Shown: positions 1 to 11,084 of the stretch, one piece after another | Layout: every line of letters starts with the position of its first letter | Numbering within the stretch: position 1 is the stretch's first letter | NCBI GenBank assembly: GCA_015523565.1 | Contig: WAKA01000202.1 | Location: forward strand, 1-61,740 | DNA length: 61,740 nt | Source of the DNA: Candidatus Heimdallarchaeota archaeon | GTDB lineage: Archaea; Asgardarchaeota; Heimdallarchaeia; Heimdallarchaeales; Kariarchaeaceae | Direction: 5' to 3' | Made by a program: the position numbers and the translations under genes | The notes under the pieces: model-generated | What the model saw: only the letters and a program-made list of their open reading frames with translations | Databases searched by the model: none | Told to the model about the DNA's origin: nothing

Positions 1-58
1 ATATTACTCCTCATTGTTTTCTACTTATTATTCTTTTTCTATTTGTTTATAAACTTCA

Positions 59-143
59 TGCAGGGGGTGGGATTTGAACCCACGAACCTCTAAAGGACGA
101 GGACCTGAACCTCGCGCCGTTGACCAGGCTGGGCGACCCCTGC
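59..143 (-). tRNA. tRNA-Leu(CAG), long variable arm, CCA not encoded
   Basis: Minus strand reads GCAGGGGTCGCCCAGCCTGGTCAACGGCGCGAGGTTCAGGTCCTCG...GTGGGTTCAAATCCCACCCCCTGCA: acceptor stem GCAGGGG/CCCCTGC, anticodon loop TT-CAG-GT, T-loop GGTTCAAATC. Confidence 0.96.
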
Positions 144-255
144 TTTTTTCTTTGGAAGGGAATTCCCTCTCAACTCCTCTTATGTTTTTATTCTTAAAAA
201 AATAATCATTGATGCGGTTTGGATTGTCAATCATTTCCAATTGCTAGTTTAATCT

Positions 256-1530
256 TTATCTGAGCAAAGTAAAACCTGGATAGAGTGGGAATTGTTCACT
301 CATTTCATTGACAGACTGTTTTACAGTTTCAAGAATTGCTTCATCATCTGGATTGGCAAGTGTCCTGACAATCAATTCTCCAATTTCTTTCATTTCTGAT
401 GTTCCAAGTCCTCGTGTTGTCAATGCGGGCGTCCCAATTCTAATGCCTGAAGGATCAAATGGGCTTCGTGTGTCAAATGGGATCATGTTTTTATTGGTGA
501 AGATACCCACTTTGTCAAGTACTTTTTCTGCCTGTTTTCCTCCAATCCCATATTTTGTAATGTCTAAAAGAAGAAGGTGGTTATCAGTTCCTCCCGTAAT
601 AACGTCTGCCCCGTGTTCCACAAGACTTTCTGCTAGTGCTTTTGCATTCTTTTTAATGCTCTTTGCATATTCCCTGAAATCTGGCTGCAATGCCTCCTTG
701 AAACTGACTGCTTTTGCGGCAATTATATGATCAAGTGGTCCCCCCTGCATTCCTGGAAATACAGCACGGTTTACAGCAGTCTCATATTCCTCTTTTCCCA
801 TAATCATGGCTCCTCTTGGACCTCTAAGTGTCTTGTGGGTTGTTGTGGTGACAATGTCACAATGGGGTATGGGGTCTGGATGCTCTTTTGCAGCTACAAG
901 ACCTGCAATATGCGCGATGTCTGCCATTAAATATGCATCCACCTCATCTGCAATTTCCTTGAAGTATTTGAAATCCAATTCTCTTGGATATGCCGAAAAT
1001 CCTGCCAAGATCAGTTTTGGCTTGACCTCCTTTGCAATTCTCCTGACTTCTTCCATGTCAATCATCTTTGTCTTTCTATCAACACCGTAAAAATGAAACT
1101 TATAGAATTTCCCTGAAAAATTGACTTTATGTCCGTGGGTTAGATGACCCCCTTGATCAAGAGACATGCTTAGAATGGAATCTCCTAACTCTAGCAAGGC
1201 AAAATATGCTTCCATATTTGCTGTTGACCCAGAATGGGATTGAACATTGACAAAATCTGCACCAAACAATTTCTTTGCCCTATCAATTGCAAGTTGTTCT
1301 GCAACATCAATGAACTCATTTCCTCCATAATATCTCTTGCCAGGATATCCCTCTGAGTACTTATTTGTTAAGACGGAGCCCATTGCCTGCATGACTGCTT
1401 TAGATACATAATTTTCAGAAGCAATCATTTCTAAGCCATTTCTCCCCCTGTTCAGCTCGTTTATGAGTACATCATAAATTTCCTTGTCTGTTTGCTCAAT
1501 GTCTGATGTGAACCATTGGTGATACATCAT
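256..1530 (-). CDS. glyA: Serine hydroxymethyltransferase
   Basis: Motifs [39 protein letters not shown] (PLP lysine), PSGIRIGT. Confidence 0.97.
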   Translation of the reverse strand: MMYHQWFTSDIEQTDKEIYDVLINELNRGRNGLEMIASENYVSKAVMQAMGSVLTNKYSEGYPGKRYYGGNEFIDVAEQLAIDRAKKLFGADFVNVQSHSGSTANMEAYFALLELGDSILSMSLDQGGHLTHGHKVNFSGKFYKFHFYGVDRKTKMIDMEEVRRIAKEVKPKLILAGFSAYPRELDFKYFKEIADEVDAYLMADIAHIAGLVAAKEHPDPIPHCDIVTTTTHKTLRGPRGAMIMGKEEYETAVNRAVFPGMQGGPLDHIIAAKAVSFKEALQPDFREYAKSIKKNAKALAESLVEHGADVITGGTDNHLLLLDITKYGIGGKQAEKVLDKVGIFTNKNMIPFDTRSPFDPSGIRIGTPALTTRGLGTSEMKEIGELIVRTLANPDDEAILETVKQSVNEMSEQFPLYPGFTLLR

Positions 1531-1597
1531 TCCATTGATTCTTCATCTCTTGATTAACAATTCGTAACATGCTGTCATGGATTGATTAGTTTTTCAG

Positions 1598-2092
1598 TCA
1601 ATTCAGGTCTTTGAAAATCTCTTCTCTTTTAAACCTATTGAGTAATGTTTTAAGTACTTTTTCGAATGCAGTCTGGCATGCCAGTACTTCAATTTTCTTG
1701 TCAATGGTGTCATCATCACCTATCCAAGAAGAAAGAATGTCAATCATTTCAGACAATGAAATTACAGAATTAAAATAAGCATATGCAATTAATGCTTCAA
1801 CGCCATCTGCCATTTTATCCCGTTTAAACCTATTTGGGAAATACTTAACCAACCCTGCATCTTTTGCGGCATTGGCCAAAGAACGATCCCATACGTGTAT
1901 TGATCCTTTTTTTCCTTTTATTCCAATCCGCATTGTCGTATATATGAAATTAGTTAGAAAATCTCCTATCTGTGCTAATTCTGTGGACTTGACAACCTCT
2001 TTTATGCTGGTTGAATTCAAAATACCGGAAAGATGAGGAAGTGCCTCTTTATTCGGGATATGCATTTTCAAACGCCGTCTTGAATTCCTCAT
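1598..2092 (-). CDS. Archaeal RNase III-like domain protein (start uncertain, overlaps rpoL)
   Basis: LAQIGDFLTNFIY...ADGVEALIAY resembles the RNase III signature (LGD...AD.VEA); no dsRBD. Confidence 0.65.
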   Translation of the reverse strand: MRNSRRRLKMHIPNKEALPHLSGILNSTSIKEVVKSTELAQIGDFLTNFIYTTMRIGIKGKKGSIHVWDRSLANAAKDAGLVKYFPNRFKRDKMADGVEALIAYAYFNSVISLSEMIDILSSWIGDDDTIDKKIEVLACQTAFEKVLKTLLNRFKREEIFKDLN

Positions 2093-2330
2093 TGATTTCT
2101 TTTAGCCTTCTGGCGGCATCAAGAATAATTTCAACAGGATTTTCTCCCTCTCTCGTTTTAATTTGAAAAATAATAGTGTCCTCAAAGGTTTGGTCTCTTG
2201 TATAGCCACACATCAAAACTTTATCATCCTTAAGTACTTCTTCCTTTAAAAGATTATATAATGTATGGGGCTCATCAAATATCCTCAGCTTTAAATAATC
2301 ATCCTTCTTTTCAAGAAGCTTTATTTCCAT
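2049..2330 (-). CDS. rpoL: DNA-directed RNA polymerase subunit L (Rpo11)
   Basis: 93 aa; EPHTLYNLLKEEVL...GY matches the Rpo11/RPB11 E.HT..N.L pattern. Confidence 0.88.
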   Translation of the reverse strand: MEIKLLEKKDDYLKLRIFDEPHTLYNLLKEEVLKDDKVLMCGYTRDQTFEDTIIFQIKTREGENPVEIILDAARRLKEINEEFKTAFENAYPE

Positions 2331-2386
2331 ACGATTGCCTATCTTTTTATGTTTATATGTCTTCTTTTTGCTATCGTAGTACTTTT

Positions 2387-3736
2387 TTAGGAAGAAATCA
2401 GGGGGAGTTCAACAAGATTTTTGATCCTGTCAAACGATTGCAGGTACTGTGTTTCATTTTCAAAAAAGAACTTCTCACCAAAGGCTGGCTTCAGATCATC
2501 AAGCCAAATCGCGTTTTCATCATATTTGGCAAAGAATGGTCGACCTACCCAATCTGGGTTTCTTCCTTGAATGAACCTTAATGTTAATACTCTCTGGTTA
2601 CCGACCCTTGCTGGTCCTGTAACCTCTATTTTGCCCCATGTGGTTGACATGGATGGTCCTCTCACCGTTCTGCATACTCCACTGACATTCTGATATGCTT
2701 TGTAAAAAATTTCCCATGCTTTAACTAAAGGAACTTTGAAGTAATGTTGAGCTCCAGTGTCTCTTGCAATAAACATGTAATAGGGAACCATTCCCATATC
2801 AACCTGCGTTCTCCACATTTTCGCCCAAACTTTTGCATCTGCATTAATGTGATTCATAATTGGTGATTGTGTTCGTATGTTTGCTCCTATCTGTCTTAAG
2901 TTTCTTGTGGCTCGTTTGACTGCATCTGTTTTTAGCTCTGCATAATGGTTGAAATGAGCCATTATTGCCAAATGTTTGCCACTGTCTGATACTTCCTTGA
3001 AAAGATCAAGGTATTTTGGTCCCTCACTTGTATCCTCTGTTAATTTATAAGGCCAATAAGCCAGTACTTTTGTTCCAATCCTGACTGTTTTTATGTGGTC
3101 AATTTCCAACAAGGGACGAATATACTCCCCAAACATGTGCGGTTTCATGACCATTGGGTCTCCCCCAGTAAACAGAACATCCTGTACTTCTTCATGTTCA
3201 TTGAGATAATTGACAAGCTTATCAATTTCTTTACTTGCAAATTTCAAGCTCTCAATTCCAATAAACTGGGGCCATCTGAAACAAAATGTACAGTAGGAAA
3301 AACATGTCTGCCCATTCTTGGGGAAAAATAATACTGTTTCCCGATATTTATGTTGCATTCCCGGAATTTGCTCCCCATCAAGCATAGGGACATTATATTG
3401 CTGTTGACCTGCAGGATGTGGATTAAGTTGGTACCTTATTTCATTTGCTATTCTTGTTATTTCTTCTTCTGAAGCACCTCTATCTAATGCATCTTTCATG
3501 ACTTGATAGTCATCTGGTTTAAGCATGTCTTTCTGCGGAAACGTCAATTGAAAAATTGGGTCATTTGGTATGTTCGACCAATCTATCAATTCATCGATCA
3601 CATAACTGTTGACCTTGAATGGTAAGACATGACCCACTACTTTAATGGCCTCAATGATTTCTGGTGATAGGGATTTGACTTGCTCAATTTCTTCAAAGTT
3701 TCTCAGAGTGTATCCTTTGTACCTTTGCTCTACCAT
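2387..3736 (-). CDS. KamA-family radical SAM protein (lysine 2,3-aminomutase-like)
   Basis: HKYRETVLFF, CFSYCTFCFR (CxxxCxxC), VLFTGGDPM, HFNH, PYYMF; start placed at the ATG (MVEQRY) after GGAGGTGA. Confidence 0.88.
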   Translation of the reverse strand: MVEQRYKGYTLRNFEEIEQVKSLSPEIIEAIKVVGHVLPFKVNSYVIDELIDWSNIPNDPIFQLTFPQKDMLKPDDYQVMKDALDRGASEEEITRIANEIRYQLNPHPAGQQQYNVPMLDGEQIPGMQHKYRETVLFFPKNGQTCFSYCTFCFRWPQFIGIESLKFASKEIDKLVNYLNEHEEVQDVLFTGGDPMVMKPHMFGEYIRPLLEIDHIKTVRIGTKVLAYWPYKLTEDTSEGPKYLDLFKEVSDSGKHLAIMAHFNHYAELKTDAVKRATRNLRQIGANIRTQSPIMNHINADAKVWAKMWRTQVDMGMVPYYMFIARDTGAQHYFKVPLVKAWEIFYKAYQNVSGVCRTVRGPSMSTTWGKIEVTGPARVGNQRVLTLRFIQGRNPDWVGRPFFAKYDENAIWLDDLKPAFGEKFFFENETQYLQSFDRIKNLVELPLISS

Positions 3737-3885
3737 CCATTCACCTCCAAACAGGAATAAAATCCTGGAAACAGAAAACATTATTGTTTTAAAATTCTCA
3801 AAACTACCTTACAAACCACGTTTACATATTAAATTCTCAATAAATGTATAAAAATTTTTTTTCTGTAGGCGTAATTATTTATATT

Positions 3886-5319
3886 TTATTCTTTTTGATG
3901 GTTTATGGCAAACTGCACTAGGGCTCTGACAGGAACTCCGAGATTCCCTTTTGGTTTGTACCCTTTTTCTGAAGAAGACCATGCTTTTCCTGCTATATCA
4001 AGATGAGCCCATCTGTTCCTCTCAACAAATTCTGCCAAAAACATTGCGGCTGTGATGGATCCCGCTGGTCTGCCTCCTGTATTTTTTATGTCTGCTATGG
4101 TTGATTCTATCTGCTTTCTATATTTCTTATCAAGTGGCATCCTCCAAAATGGCTCTCCTGCCTTATAACTTGCTTCCTTCAATTCTTCCCAAAGCTTGTC
4201 GTCTCTTGTGAATGTTCCGATATAATGCTCACCCAATGCAATCACCATTGCCCCTGTCAAAGTGGCAATATCAATGATTGTATGCGGATCAAAGGTCTTT
4301 TCTGTATAAACTAATGCATCTGACAATATCATCCTGCCCTCTGCATCTGTATTTTCAACCTCAATGGATTTGCCGTTGGATGCAAACACAACATCTGAAG
4401 GTTTTGTGGCATGACCGCCAGGCATATTTTCTGTTAAAGGTGCAACTCCGACTGCATTAACCTTCAAACCTAATTTTGCAATTGCCAAAATTGTGCCTAT
4501 CGTGGCCGCGGCTCCAGAACAATCTCCTCTCATGGCTCCCATATTTGCACTGGGCTTAATGGAAATTCCTCCTGAGTCAAATGTAATTCCCTTTCCCACA
4601 AATGCCAAGGGCTTTTGACCTTCAGATCCCCCATTATACTCAATAACCAAAAACTTTGCAGGTTCATCTGATCCCTTCGCTACTGAAAGAAACGCACCCA
4701 TTTTTTCCTTTTCCGCCCATTTTTCATCAAATGCCTTGATTTTAACATTATCAATTCCTTTGAACGCCTCCTGTGTTTGCTTGACAAAGTATGTGGGTGT
4801 AGCTATGTTCGACGGCAACTCCCCTAATCTTCTAGCAAAATTTTGTGCCTCTGCAATGGTTTTCCCAATTAACCACTCCTTGATTTCTTCTTCATCTCCT
4901 GAAAAAATTATTTGTTCCAAATTCGGTCTTTTTTCAGAATTCATGGTCATAAGCTCATCAAATCTGTATAATCCCAAAAATACTCCCTCTGCTGTTGCCC
5001 TAGCATCCCCAAGCGAGGCTATTCCCACTGATTTTGCACCATTGTCTCTTAATAGCTTAACTCCATCCGCTGCTGCATTTCTTATCGTCTCCAGATCAAT
5101 TTCCTCTTTTTTTCCCATTCCAACAACTGCAACCATGGGTGCTTTGATCCCATCAATGTTGAACAAGAGTCTTTTTTGTCCCCCTTTCCCTTCAAACTTT
5201 CCAATAGTCAAATATTCTTTTAAGTTTCCTGCTTGTGCAGATAAATCATCATACACTCCAATGACTACGCCATCTACATTTAATTCTTCAAGAGGTGTCT
5301 TTTCTTGAGTTTCATTCAT
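3886..5319 (-). CDS. pepA: Leucyl aminopeptidase (M17)
   Basis: GKGITFDSGG, NTDAEGR, DIATLTGA, WAHLDIAG. Confidence 0.96.
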   Translation of the reverse strand: MNETQEKTPLEELNVDGVVIGVYDDLSAQAGNLKEYLTIGKFEGKGGQKRLLFNIDGIKAPMVAVVGMGKKEEIDLETIRNAAADGVKLLRDNGAKSVGIASLGDARATAEGVFLGLYRFDELMTMNSEKRPNLEQIIFSGDEEEIKEWLIGKTIAEAQNFARRLGELPSNIATPTYFVKQTQEAFKGIDNVKIKAFDEKWAEKEKMGAFLSVAKGSDEPAKFLVIEYNGGSEGQKPLAFVGKGITFDSGGISIKPSANMGAMRGDCSGAAATIGTILAIAKLGLKVNAVGVAPLTENMPGGHATKPSDVVFASNGKSIEVENTDAEGRMILSDALVYTEKTFDPHTIIDIATLTGAMVIALGEHYIGTFTRDDKLWEELKEASYKAGEPFWRMPLDKKYRKQIESTIADIKNTGGRPAGSITAAMFLAEFVERNRWAHLDIAGKAWSSSEKGYKPKGNLGVPVRALVQFAINHQKE

Positions 5320-5445
5320 GAGCTGACATTTGAACTTTCCCTTTAATGTCTTTCTCTTGCAGAAATACTAGATTTACCTTTCCCTGATTGGAAACATTCA
5401 CTCAAGTCTAAAAAAGTTAAAAAGGTACCGTGTCTAATCGAAAAT

Positions 5446-6549
5446 GTGATTATCGATTCCAATGGAATTTTCGGCATACCATATGATGTTTTCTCAATCA
5501 CGGTACTTTTCTCCGTTTTCACAAATTTGGTCATATATGGAATCTCCCTTCGATCCAATGGCAGAAACTCACTAGTGCACAAACTAATTGTAAAGATATC
5601 ATTGGCGATCTATCCTCTAATGTTTTTTGGGTTGGTGCTTGCATACAATGCTGGCTCTAAATTTTCTTTACAAGATTCAACTGGTGCTATCTCTTCTGAA
5701 GCAGTTAATGTCATTCTTGGCACATTTATCGGCGTTGGGGCTACATATTGGTTATTTGCAAGAATCAAGGAAACTATGGAACTCCATTTTGATATCCTGA
5801 ATGAGGTTTCTAATTCCTTGGCAGAAGGAAATCTGGAGTTACCTGAAGAAATATTCGAAACCTCTTCTGGGGATATTCTTGCTCCGTTCTATAATGGATT
5901 CGCAAATATGGTGAATGACCTGAAAAGCGTCATTCAAGAAATCCTGTCTGTAGCTACTCGGGTGGCAAGCACCGCAGAAGAAATTGCGGCTTCAAGTTCT
6001 GAAGTTAGTTCTAGCAGTGAGGCCATTTCATCAATTATGGAAAACATCTCTCAAGGTACACAAGAACAGGTACATCGTGCAAATGAAGCTAAAACCTCTT
6101 ATGAGAACCTCAATCGGATTATCCAGTCTTCATTTGAAAGGATTGAACAAGTGCTGGATCTGACAATGGAGATCTCTGAAGAAACAAATCTGCTGGCTTT
6201 GAATGCTGCAATTGAAGCTCAAAGGGCAGGTGAGGCTGGACGGGGCTTTGCAATAGTTGCCAAAAATGTCCGCCGTCTTGCTGATGATTCTCGTAGGTAT
6301 GCCGATGAAATTGATCAAGTTATCAAGGAAATTGAAACCGAAATCAAAAAAGGTCAGGAAATGATCTCCAAAGCAATTGAAACCATTTCTGACGTAAGTG
6401 AAGACGTGGCTTCCTCATCTGAGGAAGTTGCCGCTTCCGCAGAAGAGCAAACCGCAACTATGGAGGAATTGGTTGCTGCAACCTCTGAACTCTCTTCCCT
6501 CGCCGCAAGTCTAGAAACCCGTGTCCGCAAGTTCAAAATTGATGAATAA
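5446..6549 (+). CDS. Methyl-accepting chemotaxis protein (N-terminal TM helices, HAMP-like linker, signalling hairpin)
   Basis: [37 protein letters not shown] hairpin tip; [11 protein letters not shown] methylation-type heptads. Confidence 0.93.
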   Translation: MIIDSNGIFGIPYDVFSITVLFSVFTNLVIYGISLRSNGRNSLVHKLIVKISLAIYPLMFFGLVLAYNAGSKFSLQDSTGAISSEAVNVILGTFIGVGATYWLFARIKETMELHFDILNEVSNSLAEGNLELPEEIFETSSGDILAPFYNGFANMVNDLKSVIQEILSVATRVASTAEEIAASSSEVSSSSEAISSIMENISQGTQEQVHRANEAKTSYENLNRIIQSSFERIEQVLDLTMEISEETNLLALNAAIEAQRAGEAGRGFAIVAKNVRRLADDSRRYADEIDQVIKEIETEIKKGQEMISKAIETISDVSEDVASSSEEVAASAEEQTATMEELVAATSELSSLAASLETRVRKFKIDE

Positions 6550-6584
6550 CCGTGAAACAATCCCAATATGTTTAAAACTCTGAA

Positions 6585-7607
6585 TTGCATGGCATACAGA
6601 TGGAAACCACATCTGTCGCTAATGACACCAAACCTATGTATTTGACCCCTAGATTTTGGATTACTGCCTTTCTTATGCTAATAATTGGAATCCTGCTCAT
6701 TCAAAGCGTCGGCTGGAACAATCTTATAAATAGCATTGCAAAAACATGGCCTCTTGGTGTCTTTTCTGTATTTTTCATATATTCCATTGTCATGCTTATC
6801 AGGACATACCGATGGCATGTTCTTCTTAAAATCAATGGAACTTCAGTCTCTTTTCTTTTGTTGGCTCGTGTCGCTTGGATGGCTTGGGCACAGAATGGCA
6901 TTCTCCCTGCTAGACTTGGTGAGGCTTCTCGTCTTGTCATCCTAAAATCTTATGGAATTGGATATTCAAAAAATACAACCTCAATTGCATTGGAGAAATT
7001 TCTAGATTTGATTGGACTTGTCTCTGTGGTTGGGTTAATGTCATTAATAATTGCATTTTTTCATGCAGACGTAACTGAAATTACCAATTTGAAGCTTACA
7101 ATCTATGTACTTCTTGTTCTTATCGCTTTAGGGTTTGTTTTCCTCTTTCTCATCTTCCATTACCCTTCATTTTTCCAAAACATGCTTAGCAAGACAAAAT
7201 TCACCAATCGCTTTGTCTCTCTCTTCAATGATGTAACCTCTTCAGTCGGACATCTTGTAAAGAATAAGTGGACATTCGTTTCTCTCGTGTTTCTTTCAAT
7301 AATGCAATGGTTCACAGAATCCCTAACAATTTACTTTATTGCCTTGATTTTGGGTGTGCCTAACAACATTACTTTCATCATGTTTGCCGCAGTTATTGGG
7401 TATGCTACATATATTCTACCGGTAACTCCTGGTTCTTTTGGTCCGTTTGAATTGTTTGTTGGTCAAATCTTGCTGATCTTGCTCAATATTCCAGCTTCTC
7501 TGGCCTTAAGCGTTCCTATTGTTTCTCATGTCTTGGTTGTGCTTTATTTGGCAATAACTGGTATTATATCCTCATTGACCCTTCCACCTCATGTCACAGA
7601 CAAATAA
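6585..7607 (+). CDS. Lysylphosphatidylglycerol synthase TM / UPF0104 flippase-like membrane protein
   Basis: RTYRW, NGILPARLGEASR, LEKFLD, PVTPGSFGPFE; multiple TM helices. Confidence 0.85.
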   Translation: MHGIQMETTSVANDTKPMYLTPRFWITAFLMLIIGILLIQSVGWNNLINSIAKTWPLGVFSVFFIYSIVMLIRTYRWHVLLKINGTSVSFLLLARVAWMAWAQNGILPARLGEASRLVILKSYGIGYSKNTTSIALEKFLDLIGLVSVVGLMSLIIAFFHADVTEITNLKLTIYVLLVLIALGFVFLFLIFHYPSFFQNMLSKTKFTNRFVSLFNDVTSSVGHLVKNKWTFVSLVFLSIMQWFTESLTIYFIALILGVPNNITFIMFAAVIGYATYILPVTPGSFGPFELFVGQILLILLNIPASLALSVPIVSHVLVVLYLAITGIISSLTLPPHVTDK

Positions 7608-7671
7608 TTTCATGTTCCAAATGCCGAAATCCCAAAAAAATGTTTTTGAATAACCTCCCCTTTTTTCATCC

Positions 7672-8094
7672 ATGAGCAATCCAATAAAAGTTGATGACTA
7701 CATCATTGCCACTGACAGAAAATATCTGAAAACACATGAATGGGTAAAGGAAATTGAGGACAATGTTTTCCTAATTGGAATCTCCGACTATGCACAAAAA
7801 ATGCTTCATGAAATTACTTATGTTCAGTTTGAAGACGTTGGTGAGGAATTTAAGAAGGACGAAGTCATATTGGTTGTTGAAGCCTTAAAGGCTTCAGGTG
7901 ATATTTACGCTCCATTCGACCTAAAATTGCTTGAAGTAAATGGGGAACTGGAAGACGTTCCCGAAAAAATCAATGAAAGCCCATATGATAAGGGTTGGCT
8001 TGCAAAAGTTGAAGCTTTGTCGGATGATCGTTCTGCACTGCTTACCCCTGTTGAATATGCCGAAGTCGTCAAAAAAGAACTTGAAGAAGCTTGA
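7672..8094 (+). CDS. gcvH: Glycine cleavage system H protein
   Basis: THEW, GISDYAQ, VEALKASGDIYAP (lipoyl Lys), INESPYDKGW. Confidence 0.95.
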   Translation: MSNPIKVDDYIIATDRKYLKTHEWVKEIEDNVFLIGISDYAQKMLHEITYVQFEDVGEEFKKDEVILVVEALKASGDIYAPFDLKLLEVNGELEDVPEKINESPYDKGWLAKVEALSDDRSALLTPVEYAEVVKKELEEA

Positions 8095-8108
8095 TTTGCA
8101 TGTAATTT

Positions 8109-9599
8109 GTGTCAAATCTACTCAATATCGGTAGACCTAATGCATATTTTCATAAAAAAATAGAATATGATTTCGTTGTGTCCTCGTCAGATGAACCACA
8201 TGGGATCTTTAAATCAAAAACTGTTAACCCATTCCAATCCTATTTGGGGATAAGCCCCCAAGAAGAAACTCAAATGCTTCGGGAAATGGGTATTGATAAT
8301 GTCATGGATCTTTTTTCAGATGTACCCCAAACATTGATCCTTGATCATCCTTTGGATATTCCTGGACCCTATTCTGAATTTGAATTGGATCGGATATTCC
8401 GAACGATCTCACTGAAAAACAAGTCCCGTCTGAAACCTTTTCTTGGCGGTGGCGTAAGACAGGTTTATATCCCTGCTTTCCTTGAAGAACTGATGCGACG
8501 GGGCGAAATTTATACTGCTTATACATCATATCAACCAGAAGTCGCACAAGGTATGCTTCAACTTGTTTATGAATACGAAAGTATGATCGCTGAATTAACT
8601 GAAATGGATGTTGTAAGTGCTTCCCTTTATGATTGGGGAAGTGCCCTCGGCGAAAGTGCAAGAATGATGTGCCGAATCAAACGAAGAAAAAAAGTTCTCG
8701 TAGCTGGTCCCATTAGCCCCCGAAGGTTTCAAGTTCTTAAATCATATGTTGATCCTGCTGGTATTGGGATTGTTTTCGTTGATTCAGAAGGAGATTATGC
8801 TTTTGATAAATTAAAGGCAATAATTATGGAAAATGGTAAAAAGGAGAAAAAAGAACGGGAAATTGCGGGGATTTATTTTGAAGTTCCAACATATCACGGA
8901 GTTTTAAGTTCTATTGCTGAAGAACTTGTGGCTTTGGCTCATGAAAATGACATGCTTGTTACTGTTGGCGTTGACATGGTTTCATTAGGCATCCTGAAAA
9001 CACCTGGTAGCTATGGTGCAGATTTCGTTATCGGTGAAGGTCAAGTTTTTGGCAATCCTGTCAGTGCAGGTGGTCCATTATTGGGAATTTTGACCACCCG
9101 TTTTGACCGAAAGTTCATTCAAAATTTCCCTGGACGACTTGTTGGAAAGACAAAGGAATTGTCTGGAGATTCTCCTGGTTACTGCATTACCCTTTCAACA
9201 AGAGAACAGCATATTAGAAGAGAAAAAGCCACAAGCAATATTTGTTCTAACCAAACATTGATGGCTGTCAATGCAGGGATTTATTTGGCAAGTCTTGGTC
9301 CTCAAGGCATACAGGAATTGGCACAGGGTCTTGTTGATCGTGCTTATTATCTTATGGCAAAACTAAAGGAAATTCCTAATGTTTCAATCCCATACGAGAA
9401 TATATTTGCTGAATTCATTGTTGAATTCTCTGGTATCGATCATAAAACATTGGAAAAAGAAATGATGGATAAAGGATTTATTCCAGGAATAAAAATTGAA
9501 GGTTCTGGTTGCAAACGTTTGATTGGCGTATCAGACACCCTATTGCGTGAAGACCTAGACGGTTTTGTTGAAGCTATAAAGGAGGTTTTGAAGAAATGA
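8109..9599 (+). CDS. gcvPA: Glycine dehydrogenase subunit 1 (true start may be somewhat downstream)
   Basis: YTAYTSYQPEVAQG, TREQHIRREKATSNICSNQ. Confidence 0.95.
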   Translation: MSNLLNIGRPNAYFHKKIEYDFVVSSSDEPHGIFKSKTVNPFQSYLGISPQEETQMLREMGIDNVMDLFSDVPQTLILDHPLDIPGPYSEFELDRIFRTISLKNKSRLKPFLGGGVRQVYIPAFLEELMRRGEIYTAYTSYQPEVAQGMLQLVYEYESMIAELTEMDVVSASLYDWGSALGESARMMCRIKRRKKVLVAGPISPRRFQVLKSYVDPAGIGIVFVDSEGDYAFDKLKAIIMENGKKEKKEREIAGIYFEVPTYHGVLSSIAEELVALAHENDMLVTVGVDMVSLGILKTPGSYGADFVIGEGQVFGNPVSAGGPLLGILTTRFDRKFIQNFPGRLVGKTKELSGDSPGYCITLSTREQHIRREKATSNICSNQTLMAVNAGIYLASLGPQGIQELAQGLVDRAYYLMAKLKEIPNVSIPYENIFAEFIVEFSGIDHKTLEKEMMDKGFIPGIKIEGSGCKRLIGVSDTLLREDLDGFVEAIKEVLKK

Positions 9600-11080
9600 A
9601 GAAACGGATACAGGCAAAGTGGAACGAACCCTTGATCAGTGAACTTGGGGGAAATGGACGGCGTGCATATATCCCAGAGCAATTAGACATTCCGTCTGTC
9701 AAACTTTCTGATGAATGGCTAAGAAAATCACCTCCTCACCTTCCTGAAGTTTCAGAACTTGAATTGGTTCGACATGTGGTTCATCTTTCACAAATGATTC
9801 ATGGGGTGGATGTGGGCCCTTATCCCTTGGGCTCCTGCACCATGAAATACAATCCTAAAATTAATGAACGAATTGCACGGTTTGATGGTTTTACTTCTAT
9901 TCATCCTGAAACGCCTGACGATGCAATGCAGGGCATCATTGAAGTTTATTATAGAACCCAGGAAGCTTTAAAGACACTTACCGGTTTTTCCGCAATCACA
10001 CTTCAACCTCCTGCAGGGGCATCTGGTGAATTTGTTGGAACTCTTATTATGAGAGCCTACCACTTGAGCCGTCGAGATCACAAAAGAAATACTGTTCTCA
10101 TCCCAGATTCTGCACATGGAACCAATCCTGCCAGTGCTGCTATGGCTGGTTTTAAGGTTCTGGAAATCCCCTCCAATGAAAACGGGACTGTTGACATGGA
10201 TGCTCTAGATGCAGTATTGGATGATTCTATTGCAGGATTGATGATAACAAACCCAAATACCCTTGGTATTTTTGAAAAAGAAATCTTGGAAATAACACGG
10301 AAAGTTCATGAGGTAGGAGGTCTGACATATCTTGATGGTGCAAACTTCAATGGAATTGTTGGAATGATACGTCCAATCGATATGGGATTCGACATTATGC
10401 ATATGAACCTACATAAAACATTTACTGGTCCTCATGGTGGTGGTGGTCCCGGATCTGGTCCTGTTGGTGTTGCAGAACACCTTTCCCAATTTCTCCCAGT
10501 ACCTATTGCGGCATATAAGGACGGAATGTATTATTGGGATTATTCTCATGAACAAACCAGTATTGGACGGGTTCATGCTTACAATGGAAACTTTGGAATT
10601 GTGTTGCGCGCCTTGGCATATATTTACAGGAACGGTGGAATTGGTCTACGTAAATCCTGTGAAATTGCAGTCCTTAACGCAAATTATCTAATGCACAAGG
10701 TGAGCAAAATCAGAGGGCTGACAATTCCTAGAGCCCATGGTGTGCCTAGAAAACATGAGTTTGTAGCATCTGCTCTCCCTATGCTAAAAGAGACAAAGGT
10801 TTCTGCCAATGACATTGCAAAAGCAATGTTGGATTATGGTATCCATTCTCCCACTGTTTATTTCCCCTTAATTGTTAAAGAGGCCTTAATGGTTGAACCC
10901 ACAGAATCTGAAACAATACAAAGCTTAAATCAAATCTACAAGGTATTGCAGATAATCTCCGATGAAGCTTATGCAAATGCGGAAAAACTACATCAAGAAC
11001 CTACAACTACCTCCATTGGAAGACTTGACGAAGTATCGCTCGCAAAACATCCTGTATTGAGTGAAAGAATGGCAAAATAA
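9596..11080 (+). CDS. gcvPB: Glycine dehydrogenase subunit 2
   Basis: PLGSCTMKYNP, AHGTNPASA, HMNLHKTF..PHGGGGPG, MVEPTESE. Confidence 0.96.
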   Translation: MKKRIQAKWNEPLISELGGNGRRAYIPEQLDIPSVKLSDEWLRKSPPHLPEVSELELVRHVVHLSQMIHGVDVGPYPLGSCTMKYNPKINERIARFDGFTSIHPETPDDAMQGIIEVYYRTQEALKTLTGFSAITLQPPAGASGEFVGTLIMRAYHLSRRDHKRNTVLIPDSAHGTNPASAAMAGFKVLEIPSNENGTVDMDALDAVLDDSIAGLMITNPNTLGIFEKEILEITRKVHEVGGLTYLDGANFNGIVGMIRPIDMGFDIMHMNLHKTFTGPHGGGGPGSGPVGVAEHLSQFLPVPIAAYKDGMYYWDYSHEQTSIGRVHAYNGNFGIVLRALAYIYRNGGIGLRKSCEIAVLNANYLMHKVSKIRGLTIPRAHGVPRKHEFVASALPMLKETKVSANDIAKAMLDYGIHSPTVYFPLIVKEALMVEPTESETIQSLNQIYKVLQIISDEAYANAEKLHQEPTTTSIGRLDEVSLAKHPVLSERMAK

Positions 11081-11084
11081 ACTT

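Noticed and set aside
28-240. 70-aa ORF on the minus strand
   Set aside because: It spans tRNA-Leu and is a translation of the tRNA and its flanks
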